A stretch of DNA of 64,000 nucleotides from contig NC_092675.1 in the NCBI RefSeq assembly GCF_964355755.1, positions 23,098,912 through 23,162,911 on the forward strand, given 5' to 3'. The position numbers were made by a program, and so were the translations under genes. Positions within the stretch are counted from its first letter, which is position 1. Each line of letters opens with the position of its first letter. Of the stretch, positions 25,967 through 64,000 are shown piece by piece. Below the pieces are notes generated by a model. The model saw nothing but the letters and a program-made list of their open reading frames with translations. It was not told the DNA's origin and did not search any database. The stretch is from Antedon mediterranea (taxonomy: Eukaryota; Animalia; Echinodermata).

Positions 25967-28900
25967 CCAAGGGGAGGGGGAGGGGGTAATTATTTCATTT
26001 ACATTGTTACTTTTGTTTTAACTGTTATTAACTGTTTTGTTAAAATGTATAGCAGTCTTAAATCATGGAATTAAAATTATTCCATGCAAGTTGAACACTT
26101 TTAGGCCTACACTTTAATAGCATGTGTTTGAAGTTAAATATATTGTACTGGATTTCAATTCTCCAATACTCAAAAGCACGGTACACAATGTGTATACTGG
26201 GCTTAAAATAGAAATAAAACGTAATGGTAAATTCAAATTCTACAAACAATACTAGGCTAAATTAGTTTTGATATTTTATTTTGTCAAGTAAAACCATTCT
26301 TCTTAAAGGTGGTGATCCGGTTCAGGTAAACATACACACTATGTAGGGCTAACGTTTCAAACTCTTTGAGAACGGTTTAGTTTTTTTGATAATTGTTTTT
26401 GTCATGAAAACAATCGGACAGGATTTGTTGCCGACCATCTTAACCAAAAAAAAAAATTTCCACTCCACTTATGGAAGGTTATACATGCACGCTAAGCAAC
26501 TAGCTGACATTATTTTAACTGACATGTTCTCGTTTTTGAAAATCAACTGTATGTTTGATGGTAGCAGTGATTAGAACATTGTCTATATACGGTATTATGG
26601 AGCGATGAGTTAAGGTTGTTTCACTCCAATGTGACAATCTGATAAGCTATTTGAGCATTACTCATGGAGCCACAAAAATACGCTTCACCCCTGCTTGCCA
26701 ACTTTGTTGAAACAAATCTATGTTTCCCTAAACGATTTCTAATCATTTGACTTTGGATTTCCAATGGCTTACAATAATAGGCGGAACATTGGATTTACAT
26801 TCATCCTCATTCCCTTGTACAGGAATAATCTCGCTTATAAAGTTTTAGGAATAGACATGAAGGTCAAATTGATATGTGAAATGCTGTCCGCTCCGAAAAT
26901 GTTGTTAATGCCTAATGTATGATAACGTCTATAGGTTCACAGTGAGTGTTTTAAACTCAGCAATGACCCAAACAAACCAAACGATGCATTATAATTTAAT
27001 TTAATACTAAGTTTTATCTTTATGTATATAATCATGTTTTGGCCTAAAGGCTTTTTATATCTTTATCATTCTACGATATGTTGTTTGTTGAAGGGGTTGT
27101 GGATACCAATGTGTTTAACCCCAATTAAGTCGAATAAATAAATTAAATACATAAAATGAAATGAAAGATTGTTCTACAGTATCCCAAAAACCCCACTTTA
27201 TTTTTCAGTAAAAATTTAATTACAATAGACATTGTAGAATAGTAAAGTATTTATTAAAGTCTTCTTGTTAAAGGCAATTAGTGTGTTTCCTGTTTATGAC
27301 AATGTGAATTCTAAAAATAAATTAAATACTTATTACTTTACTAAGTTGATATTATAAGTAAATTAGTTTTTATTTTTTAGTAAATCACTGAATAATAACA
27401 CTGACATCCGACATGGATTTATAACAAGACCCACACAATTAGGGCATCTTGAAAAGATCTCATCCGCAACATTACCGAGAGCGGAGATTTACTTACTTTA
27501 CCCGGATGGATAGATTCGCACCATACACATTTAAAATTCAAAACAAGTAAAGATCTTATCTGCAACCTTACCAAAAAGCGGAGCACTCATCGCAAAGGCA
27601 AACTATAGCAACAACAAAGATATAGCCCTAATACCCAATGTTGAAAATCACGTTTCATATAGTATAATGTAATTGTGCGGTCCTCCGCCCCACCCCTTTT
27701 TTGTGATTTGTCATAGAGATATCAGTGTAGGTATCAGGATTTGTTTTGTATCTCGTTGAATAAAATATATTTGTGTTTTTTTTTTTTTAAATGTTTAAAC
27801 GTATAGACGACCTACTATCTGTCTAAATTCTCCAGTTGTAAACAGTTGGGTGAGGTAATGACGTAATAAGTAGTATAACATTTCTTTAAAAAAATAAATT
27901 AAGACGAAAAATGATTAGGATAAACAAAAACCAGATGTAATTATTTCACAATATAAAACGCGTAATTGTTATCAATAAAGTCGTCATATAGGCAATTATA
28001 GTTGTTTCCCTTTTTTATGACTTCGTCAGTGTGATTTTGCTGTCACCCACTTCGTTGGAGTTATGCCTATTATGCCTAAACATCAATAATGATCTGTTTC
28101 CTTTATAAAATAGCTATCACATGATTTTGTATCCTGAATTTCAACTCAATGTTGAATGTCAGTTCTACAGAGAAGGTTAATTGACATGTTCCATATTGGC
28201 ACAATAATACAACATTACAGTTTTTTAAAACGGTTATCAATCATTACGAATGCGAATTGAGCTTGCACTTGAGCGACAGTTTGCTATCTAGTGTAAATAT
28301 TAACATTATTTTAATTCAATTTCAATTTATGATGTGTTTATTATTTTAATAATTCAAATAGATAATTTACAAATGTTTTATATAAGAACAAGCTTACTAA
28401 TGTTTTTAAAACATTTCTGCCTTTAATAAAACTTAAACAAAGTTATTTTCGGTATAAAAAAACAAGAACAAGATATAGAAATATAAAAGATGCTGCGAGG
28501 AGTTTGACCAATTACAGTCAGTAATTGGTTTATTACAATACATAATAAAAATAACTTTATTACATAAGTTTGAATAATAATAATGACCCAATAAATACAA
28601 CAGTTTTACAATTAAATGTATACATTTCTGAAACAAACCTCTCTTTCCATGCACCAAATATATAAAGTTTATTTTGAAATGGTTCTATAAACGATACTTA
28701 TATTTTTTTAAACTTGTTTTTTTATTTTAGAAAGCGCTAATCATTAGTTTATCTTTATTACTATGGATACATTTTATCCAGATTGTTTTGTTATCTAAGG
28801 TTGTACATTATATGTACAAGGTTGTTTTCCGAAGGATGATACAAAAGTAACGTCCCTGAATATTTCAAACAAAACACACGCATTGAATTAATTTAATCAA

Positions 28901-31900
28901 ATTCTGCATTGAGAACTGAAGTTCAAACTACTTGATTCCTAAATGAAAAAAATTAATATAATTTGCATATTTTAATTATTTTTTAATGATTTAAAAAATT
29001 GATATAAAATACCAATTTGATGTTGACCTTAGGTAAATATATATCTACTGATAAGGAGAAAAAACATATGATAAATTATCAAAACCAAAAGTTATAAGTT
29101 ATTCATAGACACATGACCTCTATCCCATTTCCGTGTGATGGAAGCATGACTCATGAGTTCACAAAAAAGGAGCAATCAAATAAGAAACTGCATCGTACCA
29201 CAGTGACACATCTCAACAATGTTATACTATTTGAACTTGAAAGTTCTCTCCCATTATATGAACATAATTATTAGGACCATAGGCATGGAACTATCAGTAA
29301 ACAGGGTATAGTCGATCTATTATTGGTCAAAGAATTCTAAACACTATACAATAATATTAGATAGATCGTTGCGATTCTTTAAATTGAAAAACAACATCTA
29401 CGGAATACATTCTGTAATCAGGCCGCATAGCAGTTAATATTGTTCCGGATAATCTCGCAATTATTTCGTTGGTTTGATCCGGCTTCTCACTGTGGAGTTG
29501 TACCGATGATCCTTTAAACCTTAAAACTACTCAATGTTGTAGCCCTACATTACTACGGATGTTTTGAATAAGGATGTTAGCCCGTGAACCCTGGACCATA
29601 ATAAGTATACCCTAACTATGACTCTTATACTTTGTAGTGCCACTAATCCACATTTAGCAACACCCTGGGTTATTTGGTCCTATCGGCAAAAGTCATTACC
29701 ATACCTGTCATTTAATTTAATGTTTAGAACGTTGAAGTTCAATAATCTCCCCTAATGGCGATTTTGAATAATTCTAATGACCTAGACACACAGTGTGCAG
29801 ATTTTAGCAGTGCCAGAGGGGACATAATCCAATACACGTGTACAATGAACCTGTTATAGACTGATATTATTACAGAACTGAGATTACAGCGATTTTAGAG
29901 ATTATAATATTCGTATTCTGGCTTTGAAAAGATTGCAATTAATTATAAAATATTGTTGTAAATGAAGGAGCACCAATTGAGTTACTCAAAATGTGTTTTT
30001 AAAACTTTTGCTCGCGTACTCTTGAATTTTATCGAGCACTGTGACTTTATTTAGATGTTTCCTAAGTTGTACAGTGCATCGTCTGCGAGCACAACCTTAA
30101 TTGTGCATATTAAAACAATGATTGTGCATGATGTAAATAATTATGAACGGAAACACTCATCTGCTGAATATTCCCATCTCGACACACACTTGCGGTTCCG
30201 TAGGCCCTCTCAAATTAATTCGGTTTCAAATGGGATATTTATTTGAAAGACGCACGCTTGAAGTCTGTAAGTATTCATAATTGTTTTTGTGTGTGAAAGA
30301 ACAATAACACACTCTAGTATCAAAGTATAAAAAAAGATCGTATCCTATTGTCCCTGAAAAAAATCCATTTATTAATACATTTAGCGATTTTAATGTCATA
30401 TAATATTTATCCTCTATGACCAAAACTTAGATCGAAAAAAAAACCATTATTTACCTGAAGCAAATATGTAAAGCAAAATATCTGCCAGCCAATGGATTTT
30501 TGGTTGAATATTTAACCATTTATTTTAGGAAACATTTATTTTTAGGTTTTTTTTCTATGGAAGTGATTAACTTTAATAAAACTACAAAATAACTTATTGA
30601 AAGTCTGATTTAATTAATCTTAATTTTGTTCATGTTTTTGGAGGACAATACATTTTTAATAAAATAATTACCAAGTGCATTATAACCTACCAACTAGTGG
30701 GCCTACTAATTACGAAACGAATGTGTTCATAAGTTGGAAAGTTAGTATAAAAAAAAAACAATACATTCCTATTTTTTTCTTTGACTTTGAAACTAAATTT
30801 CAGTAAACTGAAAATTCACGTTTTTTTAATAAATTCTCTGTTTACAGTGATCAATCACGTAACGATTAAGCTGTAATTTTTGACAGTACTTAAGGCGGGT
30901 CCTTTCTTGTGTTATTCGCCTGCTTCCCATCGTTTGATAATCTTCCCTTTGAGATACATGACAGATTTATAAATCATGTGTCATGACAGGTTTAGCAGAC
31001 TGGGTGTACAAGGTGAAGCAGATGTAATGTTCTATTATGTTTTTTAAACATCCCCCCTTTTTTTATTTGACCTAGATAGAACTACCTGTAACTGAACTTT
31101 CTGTTTCTCCTTCCTATAAATCTAATATTACATCGATGTATACATCGCCGTGAACATTATATTGTCATTACACTTTTATTTACCATAGTCATAGATAGGA
31201 TTGGGGATATTCATTCATATAGATTCATTGGCGGAAATGGATGGGGGAGGGGATGGAAGACTTAAGTGGCTAGCCACCTTCCTTCGCCTGTAGGATTAGC
31301 GCAAGGGTACCATTTCCGATATTTTATTAATGTTTTTCCATGACCGGGATCTGAGTGTTTGTGTAATTTACTAGTAAAGCTGTACCGTATAATATCGATT
31401 CATTCATTTAACTAGGATGATCAAAGCCAGAAAAAGTATTAAATAAGTTACAAATAAGGAAATAAGCAAACATAAGAAAATAGAAATAAGACTGGTCTCC
31501 CTCGGTCTTCGTAATGGCGAATGTGTACAATATAAAAGTAACATAAAAAACAATTTACAGATTATAGACATTTAACAAAATATTACAAAATTTAAGTCGT
31601 TACAATCGTAAACTTTAAAAATTACTTTAACACTATATTAATACTGTAGTTTAATCTACTTACATTTATCGCTGATGTTATTGCAAAAATATAAATACAC
31701 AAATATGTTGTTATTATTATTATTAAATATTTATACAATTAAAATCATCCTCTCTCGACGTTGAGATTAAATATTTATATTAATACTGTAGTTTAATTTA
31801 CTTACATTTATCACTGATGTTACTGCTAAAATATAAACACAAAAGTATGTTAAAATGCAGATTTCTGTGTTATCTTTAATCGATGGTACCTCATCTACCG

Positions 31901-32007
31901 TGTACAGTGTTAACAAGAAAGATAAATGCTTGGATCATTTTAACTTTTTATATATTCATACTTTACTTTTTACTTACTCGGGAAATCGATGATTTGTACT
32001 TTAAAAA

Positions 32008-32108
32008 GCATACAGAGATGCAAACAATCAAAACAAATATGTCTGTGAGAATGCATACAGAGATGCAAACATTATCAACAATCGAAACAAATATGTCTGT
32101 GAGAATGC
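32008..32108. repeat. Short tandem duplication (a second local duplication at ~31635/31776)
   Basis: GCATACAGAGATGCAAACA...AAACAAATATGTCTGTGAGAATGC twice. Confidence 0.8.
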
Positions 32109-35100
32109 GGCAAACTTCTCCACCGAGAAAGTGGAAGGAAGCGTTTTTTTAAACAATAAACAATATTATAGTGGTTACTTTCAGTTGATGGACAATGTTA
32201 ACATATTGATGCTATGACAGCAGCTATACGAGTATTACCAGATAAAACGAATTACCGGTTATTAAAATATATATGAAACAGAAATAACATTAAATTTAAA
32301 TCTATATTACCAATTATGTATAAAAATGTGTGTAAAACAGGCATTTCTAAAGAAATAGCTAGGCATGGGAAAAAATCAATTTTAGCGAAAATGTGCGACT
32401 AACACTACTAAATGTTAATATCTTTATTAATAAAAATAACTATGTCTAATCGGCAACATACTAATTATATCATAATGTATATCATAATGGCAATAACCTT
32501 TGACTTTAAAGTCCGATTCATTTCCACTTTAATTATAGTTGAAGACCATCAATTATCCATCTTTGAATTACGGCATTGGCTATGTCAAATTTTAAATCAT
32601 ACACTACAATATGCAGGAAGAAGGAAAGAGGGAGGTGGAGAATTGCCTTTATGGTAAATACACAATTTTGCTTAAAATGCTAAAACAAATTACTTTAAGT
32701 AGGGGTTACCCCCACTCATCTTGTATCCCGTATGAGCATCCTACATCTCGACAAAACTTGTTATTATTGAAATCTAGGCCTACTTACCAGACGAAATTGT
32801 TTGTATAAATGTTATTCCAATCCAATTCAGTATTAGTATTAGCCCTTTACATTGCATAGTTGATGTTTTACTAGCCTCTTGCTTTTTTCTACTGTAATTA
32901 AATTCGAAAAAAAAGAAACTGGTAATTATATGAAAACACAGAGCACAGAAGCGTGATTCATCAAGTTACCGAGGCATTGCTGACACTATAGTGACTACTG
33001 TGAGTAATAATTTATAAACCGACAAAACAAACTCGTGGTGATTATATTCAGGCCACAGAGCCGTTTATACAGTAGCATGTTACGTCATGGCCAACACCGA
33101 ATCAACTTAATGTACGGATCAAGTTATTCTGGTATCACACTTCAGCATGATTTCATACAAAAAGTGATTTCTGTATTGTACAAAATGAGTCCAAAAATGT
33201 TTATACTCGTTGATTAGAATTATCTAGATGGCTTATTTAATTAAGGTGCGTCCGGCATTCTCATTTTAGTTTCTCTTTCTTATCTTATCAACACATGAGA
33301 AGCAACTGTTTTTATTTTCTCCGTGAATTAACCTGAACGTTTGCCTGCATTTTCTCCATTAATCACGCATTATTTTATTATTTGACGCGATATTATCTGA
33401 AACCATCAGCCTACCTTATCATTTCTGCCGTTTTAGGTAAACTGCAAACAATTAATAATCATATATTCATTGTGGCTAAATATTAGCATCTTGATGTGAT
33501 GTGAACTGTCCTTTACTTAAACTTCAGTTTCTAAGCTTTCGGATTTACTTAATATTGTTACACAATTATTGTTAACTTGAAATGTCCGGTAATAAATCCT
33601 AATCGAAACTGAAGTTACACAGTACAACTTAAGTCTTGTATTACATTACTCGCGACGTTTATTAGATTTTTAATTTAATTAATTGATCATTTAGCCAATA
33701 AATTACCCCTTTTTAGAGTATGATTGACATATAGACGTGATCAGGGCAGGTATTTCAAAATACATTAAAGTAATTCAATTTATTTTATATTTCAAAATTG
33801 CTTGAATCCTATTTTCTTTGTTTCCTCTATACGCGTAATAGTTGTTATCATCAAATGTCTAAAATTAGTTCGAGTGAAACATTTTGAGTTTATTTCGTTT
33901 TCTAATTGAATGGTCTTTTTGGCTCGATGAAACTGAATATTTTATTTAAATAAAGAGTAAAATTAGTCAAAAATTAGTTGACTTTTAATTTGGACAAATC
34001 AGGAAAAATTCCAACAACATTGATGCTTACTCGTGCACATGAAAGGAACACATACAATGTCCGAATGCATTTGCTAATGATAATAATTCAGGAAAAGTTT
34101 TTACACTTTTCAATCAGTAATAATATTTTAACTTAGCGTACTTACTTTTCTTCATTAAAATTGTAACATTGATATTCTAATTTAGATTTTCATTAGCGAA
34201 ATGCAACGACAAATCTAGGTAATAAATATATTTTATTTATCAAATGTAGGCAGCACACGTTGTAATATCCGAGAATGTAAATAGTGTGGCTCAATACCAC
34301 GGTTAATTACCTCCTAAATGTAATTACTTATGAACTTACTAAATTACTTGATTTGTATCAACACAAACCCAATTTTATATCAAAATCACGTGAATAATTC
34401 AAATATGTTCAAAGTTGTAAATAACTTTGAAACCTTTTGCTAAGTTGAAAAAGAAATGCTCTTAAGTAAACCGATAAAACGTTTTTTTAATGATCATACT
34501 AAAAACACATTTTTAGTACCTCAAAAAAAAAATGTAAAATTGTAACCATTTATTGTAGTATATGTGATTTTTGTTTTTTTATTTTCCAGTATCGTGTTTG
34601 TGAATATAATTGACTGGATTACAATTAATATGTTGTCATTAACGTTGTGGCAGAAATTGCTTCCGACGAACGTATTGTATGTTAATGCATTTTTCATTAT
34701 GTTAATTTATTTGTTCATATGACGAATGCATATAATAAAAATGTTTACAATATTTAGTTTATGTTTAATAGCAGTGATTTAAAATGCTTTTAAAGATATA
34801 AAATTCAAATTAATGATTAATTAATGATTAGCCTATTTTACTTCTTTTATTTTTTTTAGATTTAAAATACAAAATTATATATATTTAATGTATCTCAGTA
34901 TTTTATTTTAAAATTCGGATTTATGAGTTCCTCCTTATTTTGTTATATTTTTCTCTCACGCGCGCGATCTGGTTACCATGCAAACTTACGCACATATGCG
35001 TTACTTAGTTTCCAAATACAAAAAGCAGCAGCTGATGCACGTTGTACATTTGTTTTATAGCAAATTATTTTTTTGTTAGTCTTTCTTCCAGTTTTTGTTT

Positions 35101-35162
35101 AAATGATGTTCACCTTATTTCATAAAACAATCGGACACGGTGTTAGGAATAATGTAGAAATC

Positions 35163-36641
35163 ATGGCACAAATGATGTGCATGCCCTCTCTGCTGTTAGC
35201 GACAAACAACAGACAGATAATTTGGAATGTTTCTTCTGAAAACGAATCCCGACGACGAGGAAGAATTCTTAGCGGCAGTCTTGCACACAATGTTGGCTTA
35301 CACACTAACTGTATAACTCATTTTTGTCAGAAGAAAGACGCAGATAAAGCTGTTGTCGTGAATCCTAACCATGTCCAATGGCAAGTAAGTAAGGTTCTGA
35401 AATGAAGAATGCATCAAATCAATGAAATAAATCTAGGCCTATTCATAAATTGGAGTATCTGGTGGGGAAATTTAGTAAGAATAACAATTATTATAAAAGC
35501 AGTAGGCCTATATTCGGGAACGTTCCTAGATCGAGATAACTGAAAATTGGTTTTAAAATCTTGCGCAGTGGAAATTTAATGCATGTTTATATTATTTTTA
35601 CCTAGTCTAATCTAGAGCCACTTCATGTAACCAAAAAAATAGGCTATATTAATAAAAACTAAATTAACTTACTGCTCTAGTCGAGAAAAGCTTAAACTTG
35701 TTAATGTTTGATGTAACCAAAAAAGCATATCGTACTCCACCTCAAAATGTTCTAAAAATAGTCACATCGTCACTTTCCGCCTATAATTAAGATTAGACAT
35801 AAAAACAACATACACATCTACAGTAATTAACGACTGGCATATCTTGGAAAAAATCTGTCTCGCGTTTATTTCTCCCATAAAAAGTTGGTCTACCCACAAC
35901 TTCGAGCTTTGTCAGGTGTTACCGTGGGGTTATGACTAATAACACGAGGAACAAAGAGTTATTTTCAAATGGTTCATGGTATAAATACTTATATTTCTTT
36001 GGTATGAGATTGCAAAATCCGGGGCACTCGGAATGAGAGTGACCGTTGACATGGGATACTACCTTTCCACTTTTAATGTTCTTTTAATATTACATTTTTG
36101 TGTGTAGGTATTTGCAGACCCAACGTTATCAGAAACCGTCCGCCAGAATTGCGTTGGAATTGAGCGCTTGAAATCAAGAACAGAGTCACTTATCGAAGAC
36201 ATCAACGACTGGGGATTCGAATTAGCAAAACTGACAGATTCGATCGAAACACTCAAAAAATTATCACTTGATTTCTCGACAAACAACAACACGAATAAAT
36301 CTGATATTGATTATTTTCAAGAAGAACTTTCTAAGCTTATTCTCAATGCTAATTATGCGAACGAAATTGCTGTTGCACAAGATCAGGAAATCGACGACAT
36401 TAAAGTAAAAGTCGAAGACACTTTTTGCTTACTAAAATCAGTGACGATGAACTTGGACCAAACCAGAGATGACGTTGATGGTTTGTTTAAAATAAATAAT
36501 GAAATGAGAAATGATATTGACAGTATTCGCAAAGAAGTATTGGAGATTAAATCAACCAACAATAAAGAAATAAACTCCTTCCGATCAGAGATTCAAGAAC
36601 TCCAAACCATTGTCAGTAAAGATTCTTTCACTTCATCTTAA
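35163..36641 (+). CDS. Two-exon gene of unknown family, ~251 aa, with C-terminal coiled coil
   Basis: Exon 1 35163-35384 (ATG in atcATGg context, ends CAA|GTAAGT, phase 0). Exon 2 36108-36641 (ttttgtgtgtag|GTA), in frame with the heptad-rich ORF 36168-36641. AATAAA at 36667-36672. An upstream in-frame ATG at 35103 is an alternative start. Confidence 0.65.
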
Positions 36642-37027
36642 AAAAACAAAGTGAAAATTGGAAAGAAATAAATAAAAACTGTATATTCATGGTGAAATAA
36701 AAACAAAACGATTTAAATGTCATTTGTAGTCAAAAGTTCATACACGACAATTCTCGTTTCTATTCACCCGGCCATAAATAAGTCTGTTTTATATAGTATA
36801 AAATAGATTGCATTCAGCTATTTATGTCATTTTAAAACCTATACACACTCAAATATTTTCGTATGTGTAGATATTGTCTAAAAAAAAGACTACAGAAGTA
36901 ACATTATGCAATCAAAAATGTATTTATTGAATCTTTCATATAAATACTGTCTGTTTCTTTTAGTTTACTACAACACTGTAGCTTTTACATTCAGAATACT
37001 GTTGCATACATCTGGTCCATTTAAACA

Positions 37028-63085
<26,058 letters not shown>

Positions 63086-63495
63086 CTATAATGATATAAA
63101 ATAAAAAGTATTTAATTAACTAGTAGTGTATTGTTAGCTATGATACTAGAATCTGAGGACGAAATAAAATGATAAGATACAGGCCTAGGTGTGCTACAAA
63201 TTGCATTCCTCAATACATTCAGGGATGCTGTAGGTGTGCTGTTTGTATTTTGGTGTGTAGAAGTTTACCAAATTTAAGCATGTTGTAAATCACACTCCTC
63301 AAGGGCAGTTTAGGAGTGTGTTAGGTGAGTGATCGCACTTGCTCGCCTTAAAAGACAAGGCCTGAAGATATAATTACTGTAATTAAACTAACTGGTAGTA
63401 TTACTAGTAGTAGTAGTAGCCTAGTATTAGCATATATTTGTTCACCACTGCTTCATGTACTGGGTGACAATGGTTGCCGTTCTGTGATAGTCATC

Positions 63496-63871
63496 TTATG
63501 CACTTGTCAATTGTATGATCCACTATAAGACCCCCGGGAGAGGTGCGTCATGTACAAATAATTACTGACGCAGTGGTGTGTCAAAAAACCTAGATGGTAC
63601 GTCACATCAATGAACAAGGTGTGTCAATGTCCATCACTTTACCCCCCACCATATCATAAAAAACATGGTCACAGTGCGTCAAAATGGGTGCGTCATGGCA
63701 TAGAGATATTATAGTTCACTATAATATCTCTATGGTCATGGTCACCTAAAATTAAGTCACATTTTTGACGCACGAGTGCGTCATGGTATTCAAAGGTATG
63801 ACGCACATTGGACAAATGACGCACCGCTCCCGGGGGTCGTATAGTGGGTCATACAATTGACAAGTGCATAA
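63496..63871. mobile_element. MITE with ~57-bp TIRs and multiple TGCGTCA/TGACGCA motifs
   Basis: TTATGCACTTGTCAATTGTATGATCCACTATAAGACCCCCGGGAG..GGTGCGTCAT is matched by ATGACGCACC..CTCCCGGGGGTCGTATAGTGGGTCATACAATTGACAAGTGCATAA. Confidence 0.85.
63699..63734. mobile_element. 36-bp perfect hairpin mini-element with 7-bp TSD (P-superfamily-like CATAG...CTATG ends)
   Basis: GTCATGG|CATAGAGATATTATAGT-TC-ACTATAATATCTCTATG|GTCATGG. Confidence 0.7.
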
Positions 63872-64000
63872 ACACAGCACATGTGTATCTAAAAAGGCAT
63901 AGATCGCCCTTGTCTCATTTGTTCATGACAATACAACAATGTATACCTAATAAAAATACATTCTATTTTTCAATCTTTTTGGAGTAGTAGCTCAGCTAGG

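Noticed and set aside
24720-27660. Signal-peptide exon of the SRCR-WSC-CUB gene
   Set aside because: Candidates at ~24725-24823 and ~27572-27657 give the wrong phase, stops, or no hydrophobic leader.

Overview
AT-rich, intron-rich animal DNA, probably a marine invertebrate deuterostome such as an echinoderm (inferred from gene content and repeat families, not proven). Main genes: (1) POLR3A/RPC1, the largest RNA polymerase III subunit, on the - strand, with 38 coding exons traced by hand from 63085 to the stop at 37028; the first exon lies beyond the window and two introns are U12-type AT-AC. (2) A single-pass SRCR-WSC-CUB-TM (Kremen-like) receptor on the - strand, about 19985-24572. (3) A two-exon coiled-coil gene of unknown family on the + strand, 35163-36641, convergent with POLR3A. 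(4) Two inverted copies of the 5' end of a secreted subtilisin-like protease gene among foldback-transposon arms (570-3442). Repeats include Kolobok-, Harbinger- and P-like MITEs, tRNA-derived Deu/Nin-type SINEs, LINE fragments, two TIR elements each carrying a tRNA-like Pol III cassette, and a palindromic ~286-bp higher-order satellite hit three times by retroelements. The most unusual object is a decayed Gypsy-like LTR retrotransposon filling a POLR3A intron. Its integrase ends in a PHD finger and is followed, in the env position, by a TatD-like nuclease ORF with its own splice acceptor. All calls are by eye, without database searches.
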